A stretch of DNA of 64,000 bases from Caecitellus pseudoparvulus. Lineage: Eukaryota > Protista > Bigyra: Bicosoecida. The position numbers were made by a program, and so were the translations under genes. Every line of letters starts with the position of its first letter. Position 1 is the first letter of the stretch. The stretch is taken from assembly GCA_965644315.1 (NCBI GenBank), contig CBFFRQ010000089.1, positions 248,001 to 312,000 on the forward strand, given 5' to 3'. Below, piece after piece: positions 11,401-22,901 of the stretch. The notes under the pieces are model-generated. The model saw only the letters and a list, made by a program, of their open reading frames with translations, searched no databases and had not been told where the DNA came from.

Positions 11401-14400
11401 GAAGTGGCCGGGCAATGGAGAACGATGGAAGGAGTGGGCCCAGGCTCGTGGTGATTCTGGTGGGGGCGATGGAGCCGTTCTGGCTGGGCTGGTGAGCAGC
11501 TGAAGGTGCAGTTTCAAGTGACGAGATCTGAAAGGAGGTGTTCGCGAGGATGCTGCCGGCTCCCAGAGGCAGTCCGCCCGCTGACCCAACAGTGACCTGC
11601 AGTGCAACGGATAAGTTGAACGAAGCTGCACCCGAGAATGGGGCACTGCGACGTCCGCTGCCTGAGATGCCGGGAGTGGCCACGACAGTGCACATGGAAA
11701 GCACTGCAGTCCCTCCAGCAAGAACCGCTGCATCCGTGCTCAGGTCTGCAAAAGTACCCTGGCTGACATTGTTCCGAAGAACACCTGAGGGGCAGTCAAT
11801 CAAACGCACTGAGGAAGTCACATCCACCGTCTGTCCAGTGCTGGCATTGCGCACAGTGGCGCGGACGACAGCATCACCCACCTCGCTCACGAAGTCAGCG
11901 AAGGGTGCAAGAGGAATGCCCAGGCTCAAGTTGCCAGTTGTGCCGAGAGGCAAGCTCACAGTGGACTCCGCCTGCAGACGCTGCCCTTCAGTGAGCGCCC
12001 CGGCCGTGCCTGTCGGTGCCTGGACGTTGCCAGAAACGGCTGCATCATCGGAAACAGGCCCAACTGTTGTCTGCAGCAAGCGCACTTCGCCGGTGTTGGT
12101 CACTGTCAAATTGGCATCAGCCGACAAGGGCAAAACAATGGGTCCTACCTGCCTGGCGAACGGGTTGTTCGGGTCTTTATGTGTGCTGTACTGGATGGCG
12201 AGCAGGGGGCGCACGGGCATCCCTGGCAGTACCTCGTCCATGATGCGCCAACCGTACTCAACCTCACCCTGGACGGGAGCAGCCTGCAGGACTGGCTTGC
12301 CAGTGGTAGAAGACACATTCAGGGTAATCTCACCGGCAAGTGAGGTGAACACATTGGCAGACGCCAGCGCTTCCTCCACCGACAACAACACATGTCCCAG
12401 CGAGGTCTGCGACAGAGGCTGGTACAAGCTTGAAGTGACCACACCCAGCGGCAGGGCCAAATCAAGCAGGCGGACATGGTAGGCATTGCCTCTGGCTGCT
12501 GCATCTTGCTGCATGCGCACAAGGGTCTGAACCACATCACCAGCGGAGCCGTCTTGCCAGGATGAGGTGGCGCTTACAAACTTCACATTCGGCTCCACTA
12601 CAGACAGAACCGGCCCCGCCGCAGATGCGTTTCCTGCACTTGCCCCAGAAAGGGTGGCATTTGCCGTCCTCTGCAGCAGGGAGAGTGAGCTTGAGATGGC
12701 AACGCCCTGCAAGGGCACGGAGGTCGGCAGCGCCCCGCCATCGATCCAGGCTTCCACCTCAACAATCAGAGCATGGGACACGTTGTTCCTGTCATCAGTG
12801 TTTAGGATGGTGCACAGTGGAACACGCACATCAATAGTATCGCCGCTGTCCGACACGTTCACATTGATGTTTGAGGCGTTGGCAAGCCCGGGGAAGTCGG
12901 CCAAAGTCAAATTTGTGGCTGCAGCTAGCGAAACGTCGCTCGCACACGAGGTCGTGTCAACTGAAAGGAGCCCTTCAGCACCGGTACCTACGCGCACACT
13001 CGTCACGCGGGTATTGGCCAGAATCGGATCCGCGCCAGCCTGACGGTCCAGCAGCTGTGGCAAAGCTGCCGACAACTGTAGGTTGAGGGAGAGGTTGTCC
13101 GATCGCCCCTCTGGGAGAGCAATCTCAGCTACCCAAGACACTCTTGCCCCGACAGCCGCCTCGGCCGGGCTGAGCGTCGAAGCATCTGACGCTGCAGTCA
13201 AGCTGACGGCAGGTCCAGAGATCGCGATGGTTGGCTGGACACGAGCGCCCAAAGCGTAGTGCCGTGACAGGCTCACGTTCTGGCCTGAAGTCCACTGAAC
13301 TTCCAAGTTTGGATGAATGACAGTTGCAGTGCTGACCAAGTCCCATACCCGCACCGTCAGTTCCACTGTGACCGAATCCCCAAGATTCAGGACAAGCAAC
13401 CTGCCCCACACTCCTGATTCGACCGCTGCCTCACGCACCCCATGCACATCCAGGCCCGAGGACTCGTCAAACATGACGGTTCCATTAACTAAGACCCGGA
13501 CCAAGTCATACGCTCGAACCCCTGGGCCGAGGTGTTCGCGAGTCGTGCTGTTCTGAGTGGAATACACCACAGAGCCATGCCGCAGCTGGTCATCAACAAA
13601 GCGTAGGTTGTACAAGGGTGAGTCACTCGTAGGTGCGTGTGACAAGGTGAATGTGAACGTCAGCAGGTCCCCTGCGTCCACATCGGCAATCGCCAAGGGA
13701 GACACGTCGAAGGCTTCAACTTCAGGCTCCACAAACCGAATGGGGTCGAAGGAAGAGTTGAAGACGGTGGGTGCACCGTCCCCGATCTGAAAAACCGAGC
13801 TGGCTGAGATACTTGCACCCCGAGCCAGGGATGCATCTCGGGCAACAATGCCAGTCACGTTGAAGCGAACGCCCACGGCTGCTCCAGAGGAGGGCGTTGA
13901 CAGAAGGGCTGCTCGACTGGATGCGTTCGCAAAGCTTCCCACCGCGGACGACCCCACGCGAAGCTGAAGAGGCTGCGACTGAACTCCTGTGGAAGATTGT
14001 ACAAACAAGGTGTCGAAAGGTGCCCCAGTCTGACCGCTAGCGACGGATTCCAGGGTCGGTGACGAAGCCCCGAAACCATCCTGAGTCAGGGGCAGCGACT
14101 CGGGAAGAAACGCACTCAGTCCGCCGAAGAAAGGAGGGACAGCCCCAGCCAACGGGGATGGTGGGACCGCACCAGGAGCAGCTTGCAACAACACTGTGTG
14201 TGAGGTGATGCTGAGGCTGGCGAACGTGGTGTTTGGCACTGCCAAGACGAAGCTGAAAGCTGCAAAGGGCACCGAGCCAAGAGGCAGCGCAACCGTGGTG
14301 GTCCAAGCCACGGTTGAGCCAAACGTGGCGACAGGGGCTGCGAAGGTTGGCTTTCCGATGCCTTCCTCACGAGAAATGACGCTAGAAACAGAGGCGCTTG

Positions 14401-17400
14401 CCATGGCGAGAGTCGAGGCGGACTCCACTGCATCTATGGAAATCAAGTACCGGCGCCCGCGTCTCATGTCAGGGTGTGACCACACTTCGACTGTCAGCGA
14501 TGCTGCCGGGGAAGTGGAGGCGTTGACAGCCGAGGCTGGCTCGAGAAGTAGGTCCAGGTCGAGGAAGTTTGACGCTGACGAGAGGGGCACGGTGGCGTTG
14601 GCAAGGAGCAGCCCCGATGCTGGAAGGTGAGGGGGCTGGCTCACATTCTGCCAGGTCACAGAGGGCACTTGGTACAGAGCTCGACTTCCAGCTGCAACGA
14701 GAGAGGGCTGTGCTGAAGCTGCTTGAGAGATCGCCAGATGCGAATCGGTGACACGTAGTTGGTAAGCTGGCCACGAACTGCCTGCTGCATGGCGAAGGCG
14801 AAGTCGCAAGGCAACACGGTCGCCTGCTGCCAAGTCCAGTACAGGGTCGGCAGACTCCGTGGCATTGGCAGAAATTGAGTGGATGGAGACGGGTTCAATC
14901 TTTGGCTCTGCGATGGTGATGTTTGGGAGCGAACCGCCTGCCTGAAAGAAAGGGAAGGCGATGAAGAAGCCGCCTTGCACAACAGCGCCATCGGCGAGTC
15001 CTGGCGAGTCCTGCAACACTGCTGAGAACTGAAACAGGCCAGCAGCGGTTGGATCTGACGTTTGAACGCCTCCTTGCATCGTGAGATTGGCAAGAGTCAC
15101 AGTCAGTTGCCCAGAGGAGACGTTCAGCTCTAACTGTGACTGAGCCACGGAAAAGGACAGTGGGGAGCCATTCACGAGCACACTGCCACGTGTAACGGAC
15201 ACGTTCTCAAGCTGGATGCCGCCAAACACGTCCGCCGGATCCAGTGGCGGCTCAAAGACCTGCCCGAGGTCGATTGCAATCTTGAAGGAACTAGTCGATC
15301 CTGGAGGAAAGACGACAGGCAAGGAGAAGACCACCTTCGAGCCAATCCCTGCACTGGAACCGTTCTGTGCAATATCAGCTGCCACTATGGGAGTGGGAAG
15401 GTTGGCAGTGAATGTGCCGTTGAGGGGTTGTGCTGTTGGTGTCGTGTAGTTCTCCGCACGGGGGAGTGATGGGTGTGACGCGTACTTCGCAGACAGCTCC
15501 ACAGCAACACCTGCGTCCAAAACTGCTCCCGGATTGCTGACGAGCGTCAAGGTTACGTCAAGCCTCTCGCCAAGGGTAAGAGCGGGGAGAAACGTCAAAA
15601 GGGAAGCTGTGTCGTCTTGCGCAAGCTGCTCGGTCACCCAAGGAGACAGCCCAGTCACGGTGCCATTCAATACACAGCAGTCAGTGACCCGTGAGCCGTT
15701 GACGATGGCAGCTGCTACACGGTACTGCTTCGTCAGCAGCCCTTCGTCCCGAAGGGCGATGCCGTAGGCGCTTGCTGAGCTGCCAGGTGCGTGCGCGAGC
15801 TGGACCGACACGTTGAAGAAGCCGCCGGCAGGCAGGGCGGCAAAGTCCCCCTCTGGGCTGACGGATATCTCAAGTTCAGGGCGGCCTACGGTGACGTTGG
15901 TTGTGGCACGAGCACACCCGTCGCAAACACTGGCAGATCTGAACGAGCTAGTAAAGTTCAGCAGCGTGCCAGACCGCACCGAGGCAGAGTTGTTGAGGAT
16001 TTGGAACTGGGCCGACAGTGTCAGAAACTCTGCTTGGCCATTCTGCGTATCGTTGTTTACCACATCCCCCAAGTCGAAAAGTAGTGCGTCACCACCCGGA
16101 ACAACCTGAGCGCTGCTTGCAACGGTAGCCCAGTCGCCGCCCAGCGCTGTGGTGGACAAGGACGGACTGGCTACGGCAGAGGCTGAACCTGGGACGTATC
16201 GCAGCTGTTGCGGGGAGGACCACGCAATGGAGAGGTTCGCTGAAGATGATGTCCCTTCAGCAAAGCGTTTCATGGAGGTGACAGTCACCACAGAGCCCAC
16301 AGGCGCGATTGAGGGCGCTGGGCTCGCGTCGTCAGTCGCGCTGAGCAGCGCAAGGTCAGCAGGTGCCATGAAGAAAGCTACGGGTACAGTGGGGACAGCA
16401 CGCGTGCCTGCCACATCACTGCCGGCAGACGTGGTTGAGTACCCGACGAGAAGGTCCAGGAGGGGCAGCTCTTGTCCACTCTCTGCAGCCAGGTCCACCC
16501 GCAGGAGGATCGTAACATTGGCAGGTGCGGACAGGGGCAGCATCTCCAACACGACAGCTTGTCCATTGGCGTTCATGTCAGCAGCGACTTCTGCCCCCAC
16601 AGATGTGCCGTTTACCAGCACATCAATGACGGGGGTCAGGCCAACTTGCAAAGCGCCAGATAGGTCAGCAGAAATGTTGAATGCAGGGGCTGTGCTGTTG
16701 GCTGCGTGAGCGACAGTCCAAGACACCACCAAAATGTCTCCTGCATCGACAACAGACCCAGGGCTCGGAGACCACTGTGGCCCATCTGTGATATCCACAA
16801 CAGGCAAGCCGATGGAAACATTGAAGGGTGTGCCAGTCGCAGGGGCACCGCTTGACACTCCAGCTGGGTCCAAGAGGCCGGCAGTGGCGACCGAGGCACT
16901 GACGGCAATGATGTCCCCAGGCACAAGCCCAGCAACATCGGCTACAACAAGGCGCAAGGTGGCGGTTATGTTCTCGCCTATCGCATTGCGAGAGTCGGTA
17001 TTAAGTAGGTCTCCGAGGGTCACGACTGCCTGGCTTCCACCGGACAAGATGGCAGTGCCGTTGATGGGAAGAGCTGCGAGGCCTCCAGCCACATTGGAAG
17101 ACACCCCGTCAGATGCAGTGATGACTTGTAGCCCTCCGATGGTCATGGGGGTGGCAGGACCTGTCCAGCCCGAAATGGTGAGAGTCAGGACTGCGGCAGA
17201 GGTCGTGCCCTCTGGCAGCGAGACAGGCACGGTGACGTCCAAAGTTGTGCCCGGGAAGACCAGTTGGGGGCTTTGCTGACCCTGTGTGGACACAGCTGTA
17301 ACGGCATCTAGGCCTATGGTAAGCTGCTGCGGCTCGGCTTGTTTTGTTGCAAAGGAAAGGCCAACCCCTGGAACCGCAAACTGCTGCGCTTGCTCTGAGC

Positions 17401-20400
17401 CATCCACGTCTGCAGGCAGTGACGAGTACATGCCATCAGTTCCGATTGCCAGGACAGTCCCAGACTCCAGAAAGCTTGTTGCTCTGACGCGGAGCAGCGA
17501 CGAGATGCTTGACCCGGCAGGGATGTGGGTCAAGTTGAAGAACACGCCACTCGGTGCCGTCGACGCAGGGCCGAATCCAAGGGCTGGTATGCCAGCCTGA
17601 TCCGCTCCGCTCCCACTCCCTTCAAATGTGGTCACACCGTCAACCACAACCTCCTCCACACGGTAGGCAGCGAGGCCTGCGTTCAAGTCGACCAGCGTGA
17701 AGTTCCACGCGTCTGCAAAGCCGGGTCCTCCAGTCGCTGTGAGGTTAACCCTGATTGTGAAGGGGTCGTCAGAGTCCAGGACTCCAGCTGGGTCAGCAGC
17801 AACTGACACTTGCAGCTCGGGGAGTGCGATTGAGAACGAAGCTGTAGAGTTGTAGGAAAACACGAAAGGGGCGTACTCCGAGCCGGGACCGGCTGTGAGG
17901 CCTGTCGGCTCAGCGAAGAAGATCTCCGCAGAGAGACTGGCTTGGCTGAGCCGCGGAGCACCCTGGGCAACCTGAAGCGTCGCGGAGATGGTCAGGTTCT
18001 GTGAAGAGCTGGCCGTGTTTGACAGCTGCCCAAGGTCAACAAAGATGGATGTCGGCGAGGCTGTGATGCCAGGCGTGAGGCCTGAAGCCGTCACTTGCTG
18101 GCTCGAAAACAAGGGAGGGTTGCTGGCCAGCACCAAGGGTGACGTCGCCTGCAGTACCTCGAGCGCCTCAATGGCAGCAACAGTTGTTGGCGAAGAAGGA
18201 TGGGATGCCGAAGTTAGCGTCAGATTCAATGTTGTGCCGTTCAGGATGCCGGTGAACGGCAGTGCCAAGTTGAAGTTGAGCGTCAGCCGCTCACCAGGCA
18301 CGAACACCTGTGCGTCGACCCCTGCCAGACTGCCCGAAAAGCTCAACTTCCCTGCCTCAGGCTCATTGATTTGTGCCCATTGCGGTGGGTTTCCCTCCCC
18401 GTCTAGGATGTCCATCACTTCAATGGGATTGGTGAAGCCGCTATCCACGTCTCCGAGCGGCTCGCTGATGTCGAAGCCGTGAGAGGCGCTCAAAACCGGC
18501 AGGGGAATCAGTTGTGAATGCTGCGCTGTGGTTAAGGACACGTTCAATGTGATGACTACAACCGTGACGAGTGCCGTGGGATTATCAAGCACGAAAGCTG
18601 CTCCGGGGGTATGGTGTGCTGCAGCCCGCGCAAACGCTTCCGCGCCGGCTGTGGAGTTTCCGTTCACAGACACGCTTGCGACGCTGTACTCCCCAGAAAT
18701 GAGATTCGAGTCAAACACGGCCACTTCGCGAACAATCACGTCCAGAGCGGGGTCCAACCTCCTAATCAGAGTGACGGTGTACGAGACAGTGTCTGGGCGA
18801 AGCGACAGAGCGGCGGACTCGGCCGTGACATTCAAGGCCTGGAACACGTCACGGGGATAGTACAGCATTGGTGCGTCTGTAAAGAAAAATGCCTCACCAC
18901 AAGATGCCGCATTGGACACACTGAAATTGGTGGAAACACCGGCGATGTTGTCGCCTTCAGGGTCGAGCGTTGCTCGTGGCGGAGCCTTGCACACCAGCTC
19001 CGTGTCCGAGATGTACTCGGGGCGGGTGAAGACAGTGTTGGAAGCAGGCTCTCCTTCAAGCAAGTAAATGCAGTTCAAGTTGGTGCTGATGACGAAGTCA
19101 GTACCCGTGACAGGCATGTCTAGGTCGCTGCCAGCGTCGTCAGACCAGAAGCGCAGCTTGGCCACGCTGGAGACAGGTGGGGCCAGGACCGCTCCTGACT
19201 CAGGGACGAACAGCTTCACGATCTTGTTGTCAGAAAGAGCCCCGGCGCTATCCCTGACGAGGAATGACAGGGGGAAGTTTCCGGACACTGACGCGCCTGG
19301 TGTCCAAGAGAACGTGAACACCAACGGATTCAACGTGGGGGCGTTGGAGTGTGTGAAGGAGGCCCCAGGCGGAAGGTCGGAGGGCACAATCTCCATATCA
19401 TCACAGACATCTTCGTTGTCTGTGGCAGTGACTGTGAACACAATCGCTTGCCCTGGCTCAGCACATGCTGGGAGCTCCAGGGAGTCCACACTCGTCGTGA
19501 TGTTGGGGGTGGCATTCTCAACACACACAGCGCCAGGCGTGTTGCAGCCGTTGGCGCCCCCGACGTTGCAGTCCACATCATTTCCACATTGGCGGCACTG
19601 ATTTCCTCCGCTGCACCCGATGCAGTACTTGTCAGGGGTCACGATCTCGGCGAGAAAGTCCACTGCTGCCCTGCAACTGCCATCCGAGATGATAATGACC
19701 ACCGCATGCTGGTTCCCGCTCGCACTGAGAGTGCTGTCAAACGTGACCAGGCCTGTGCTGGAATTCACAGACACTCCCGGGTATTGCGTGATGCCACCGT
19801 TTTCGGCGGTCGTAGCGAGTCTGAAGGTGATGGGGTCGTTCTCTTTGTCGGTTACAGGCAGGAACCACTGCACAACTCGATCGGCCCCGATGTACTGAAT
19901 GGGCGGCTGAGAAGTGGCAGGGCAAGAATTGAGAAATGTCCTGCCGTTGTTTCTGAGGTCCACTTCAGTCCACAGGTTGTAGTCTCCATCTGCGCAAGGA
20001 ACGGCGGAGCACGGAAAGTGCGTACACATGTTACGAATCGACGAAGCTTCCCGCACACTGGCCCGCCAAACCCCGGCCCGCCCTCACCTGCGCCATTGGC
20101 CAGCGTGCTGATGCGTTCTCCGTCCAAATGAGACACATAGAAAGGATTGCCTGCGCTGTTTGTTGGGCCCGAAAACCTGTGCGTCCAAGTCTTGGTGCCG
20201 AGCACGTAGTCTTCCGCCGCGTTCACGATCACCGCGACGAAGTCCTCCAGATCTTCAGTCGCACCGCCATCATCAAGGTCAAAGTTACCCTGTGTGTTGA
20301 AACAAGCTCATGGAGGTTCTTGCAGTGTCAGGCTGATCGCTGTGCGCTCGATTGCCTTTGCGGGCATCGGGCATTTCAAGGCACGTACAGCAACATCAAA

Positions 20401-21031
20401 CGTGTCTCCAACATCTGGTTCAGGGAGAAAGAAACTCCGCCGCCTGCGAAAAGTCAAAGTGAGCGTGGGTGCCGAGCATGGGATCCAATGTATGGCGGGG
20501 GGCACTCTGGGACATGCGTCGACGTAAACGCCGTGACCTGCGATTGCGCCACGCACCATCCTGTCACGGCCGTGAACTCGACCAAATAGTCAGTGACACT
20601 GGTGCCGACGTGCCTCCACGATATCTTACCAAACCTGTAGAGCGGGTACCGCAGGAAGTGTCCACCAGGAAGGCCAAGAGGATGCGGAGGAACGAATGCT
20701 GCCGGCGCGAGTGTCTCTTCAGCCTCGTCTCGTCAGCTGACTGTGGGTAAGCGCTAATTCAGGCTACCCACAGCTGACAAAGACACAGGACATAAATGAC
20801 ATCTAGTGAAGTGTTTTCTGTCCACTATTTTCACGCGAAAGCCTTCATGTAATGCTCCGCCGAAGGCAGTACGCAGCGGCGATGGTTCCCTCGGTCTTCG
20901 GCGTTGGGGAGGCCTGCACCTGGTCAATGCGCGGCAGCTTCTTACCTCCAGTGGGTGGCTTCGACACTAAGACATGCCAAGAAGACGAACAAAGAGAAGA
21001 GGCTCCAGGCTGCCGCGGTAGTCCCCCGCAT
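5447..21031 (-). CDS. Giant (~4,987 aa) cell-surface protein: signal peptide, bacterial-type N-terminal domain, cadherin/Ig-like domains, ~8 pairs of pilin/DUF11-like repeats, EGF x2, TSP1, 1+8 TM helices, low-complexity tail
   Basis: Hand-spliced exons 21031-20946, 20634-20557, 20443-20389, 20289-20088 and 19989-5447 total 14,964 nt in consistent phase. All four introns are GT..CAG. The N-terminus reads MRGTTAAAWSLFSLFVFLACLSVEA|THWRFGKISW. EGF motifs: CSGNGAC...CACKAGWMGGSC and CHGNGVC...CQCTPGF. Spondin-type TSP1: DCAVTPW...TRNRTIL...GGQQCP...ETVPC. Confidence 0.85.
19990..20945 (-). other. Four spliceosomal introns of the giant gene (20635-20945, 20444-20556, 20290-20388, 19990-20087)
   Basis: Donors GTAAG, GTGCGT, GTACGT, GTGAG; acceptors tacag, cgcag, cacag, cgcag. 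Splicing restores a continuous frame and coherent motifs (THWR|FGKISW, GW|RRSFF, DVA|GNF, NGA|DGDY). Confidence 0.8.
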
Positions 21032-21418
21032 GTTTGCGTTGTCGTCACGCGCTGCGGAGGCAAGGCAAACGCGCGCACTTCAGCGATGGGCTTCACTCAG
21101 CGAGGCACCACGAGGTCAAGCTTGCAAATGCGGGCCTCCACGTGAACCCCTGAGGAATGAAGTGTGCTGAATGCACGCGGGCGTTCCGTTATGCAGTGGA
21201 ATGTGCGCGGGAATCTGGAGTGCGTGGGACAGGGTGCGCCTCGGCGGTGAGGTACAGGCGCCGCCACGGAAGGGTGCCTTGCACTTCGCCAAAGCACTGT
21301 TCACCCGACGAGCGACAGAGATCTGGCATAATTCACAGACCCTAAGCATTTATCGCTTTCATTCGGCCCTTTCTTTCGTGCTCTGTAGCTTTGTGCAGGC
21401 TGCAGAGGCTTCGGCAGC

Positions 21419-22476
21419 ATGATGGCAGTTGATGCGCGCGCCTTCTCGGAAGCCAGGGCCTGGGCCTCGGACATCCTCGCCAAGCTCGGCGCTGAAGGGC
21501 ACCAAGGTGCGCTGAGAGGTTCGTGAAGCATCCAGCTTATCGGTACAGCATCTGGGAGAGGCCTTCTTGTCTGTGGTGGTGTTGTCCGGGCTGATGGTGT
21601 TGCGGCGAGTATCCCGGCTCGAACCCTGTTGCAAGACACTCGCAGTTCACGCGCGTCACGCGTGGTGTGTCTTTGCTCGGATTATTCATGAGCTTCTGCG
21701 AACTCCCCACCGTCCGGCTTTCTGCGTCCGCAGTGCCTCAAGTTGGATGCACCGGTCGGGTTCGCAGCTGGCCAGGGAGCAGTGCCTTATGTGATGCGCA
21801 AGGTACCGATACCAAATGCCAGAACAGATTTTGCCTTGTGGCATAGGCTGGGCTCTGCCACATGAAGCCACTCAACGGAGAGTCCGTTTCGAGGTTGACA
21901 GAAACAAGGGTTGAAGAGTTGAGAAGAGGTCGGCGTTTCGCCCACGCAGCTCTTCATCGCCAATGCGCATCAGGCATACACGGCACAGACTACCCGGCAC
22001 TGTCGCATTGGCTATACCAATCGATTGTACGAGAAATGCTGGATGGCGCTGGAGACATCCGAATCTTTCCGAGATAGAGCCCACGGAAGGTTGTGCGGGC
22101 GTTTCATATTGCCGCATGCTCTTATCAGCTGCCGCCTAAAGCAGCTGTGCAGCCCAGCACACAGTTTAAACTCTTCATATGCGAGATGGGTATGGCATAG
22201 TTGGCCTGATTTCCCCGGCTTTATCGTCGGCCGTCGCATTGCCTCGAGTCGCTTGGAATCTCCTCAGTGAGTCCGTAAGCGCCAATGGAGTCTACTACGC
22301 CTTCATTCTAGAGCGCTGCAAAGCTCTGACACTGGCCCAGGTCGGCATCAGATTTCTCAGGCTCGTAGGATCATGCCATGTCACCCACTCTGCACGTTAT
22401 CCATGGAGTATTTGTCCGCAACTGCCATCCGATCCCGCTCAAGCGAGGCGAGAAGTCCTTCGTGATCAGCCAATGA
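21419..22476 (+). pseudogene. Possible decayed SET-domain (LSMT/SETD-type) gene remnant
   Basis: The frame from ATG 21419 has an in-frame TGA (21524) and then reads SIQLIGTASGRGLLVCGGVVRADGVAASIPARTLL, which resembles the SET N-terminal GRGL...IP..LL motif. Later fragments in other frames (RIIHELL; DHAMSPTLHV...RNCHPIPLKRGEKSFVIS) loosely fit SET motifs. No intact ORF. Confidence 0.25.
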
Positions 22477-22901
22477 CGGCATGTTGGGTTGACAAGCGTC
22501 CACAACTACGTCGTACGCTGCATGTGGTGTCCCTCACAGCCAGTGTCAGTGGGTCAACAGCTTCTTTGTCTGACGAAGGAGGGTCGTGGTGTTGTAACTG
22601 CGTAGGCCACATCTCTCCAAAATCCACGGCACACGAACTTGTGCTGCCTGGCACAAGTGCCTTCCCAATGCTTCTCCTGTCGTTCCTTGTACTGCCACCC
22701 AGTGCAAGGTCCGCTGAGCTTCAGGACTCCAACGCCCCCGCGCCCGGCAGTGCTTGCGTGCGGAAATTGAAGCGTGGCTGTCCGCGCGGCTCGATTCTGC
22801 GGCTGTTCAGACCCACGAGGCGAGCGCTTCCAAGCAAGGGCGCCTAAAGAGGAACAGATACCACATATCACGCTAATCAAGGACCCCTGTTTTCGCTCAG
22901 A

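Noticed and set aside
20640-20725. Apparent signal peptide SFLRILLAFLVDTSCG suggesting a frameshifted start for the giant gene
   Set aside because: It has no ATG and lies within intron 1. The upstream exon at 21031-20946 gives a better signal peptide in the correct phase.
20734-20777. Short inverted repeat ctgtgggta...tacccacag flanked by cagctg
   Set aside because: Only a 9-bp stem inside intron 1 of the giant gene, with no second copy. Compatible with chance.
21524-21526. In-frame TGA as a selenocysteine codon
   Set aside because: No selenoprotein-like context or identifiable SECIS, and frameshifts follow. Decay is the simpler explanation.
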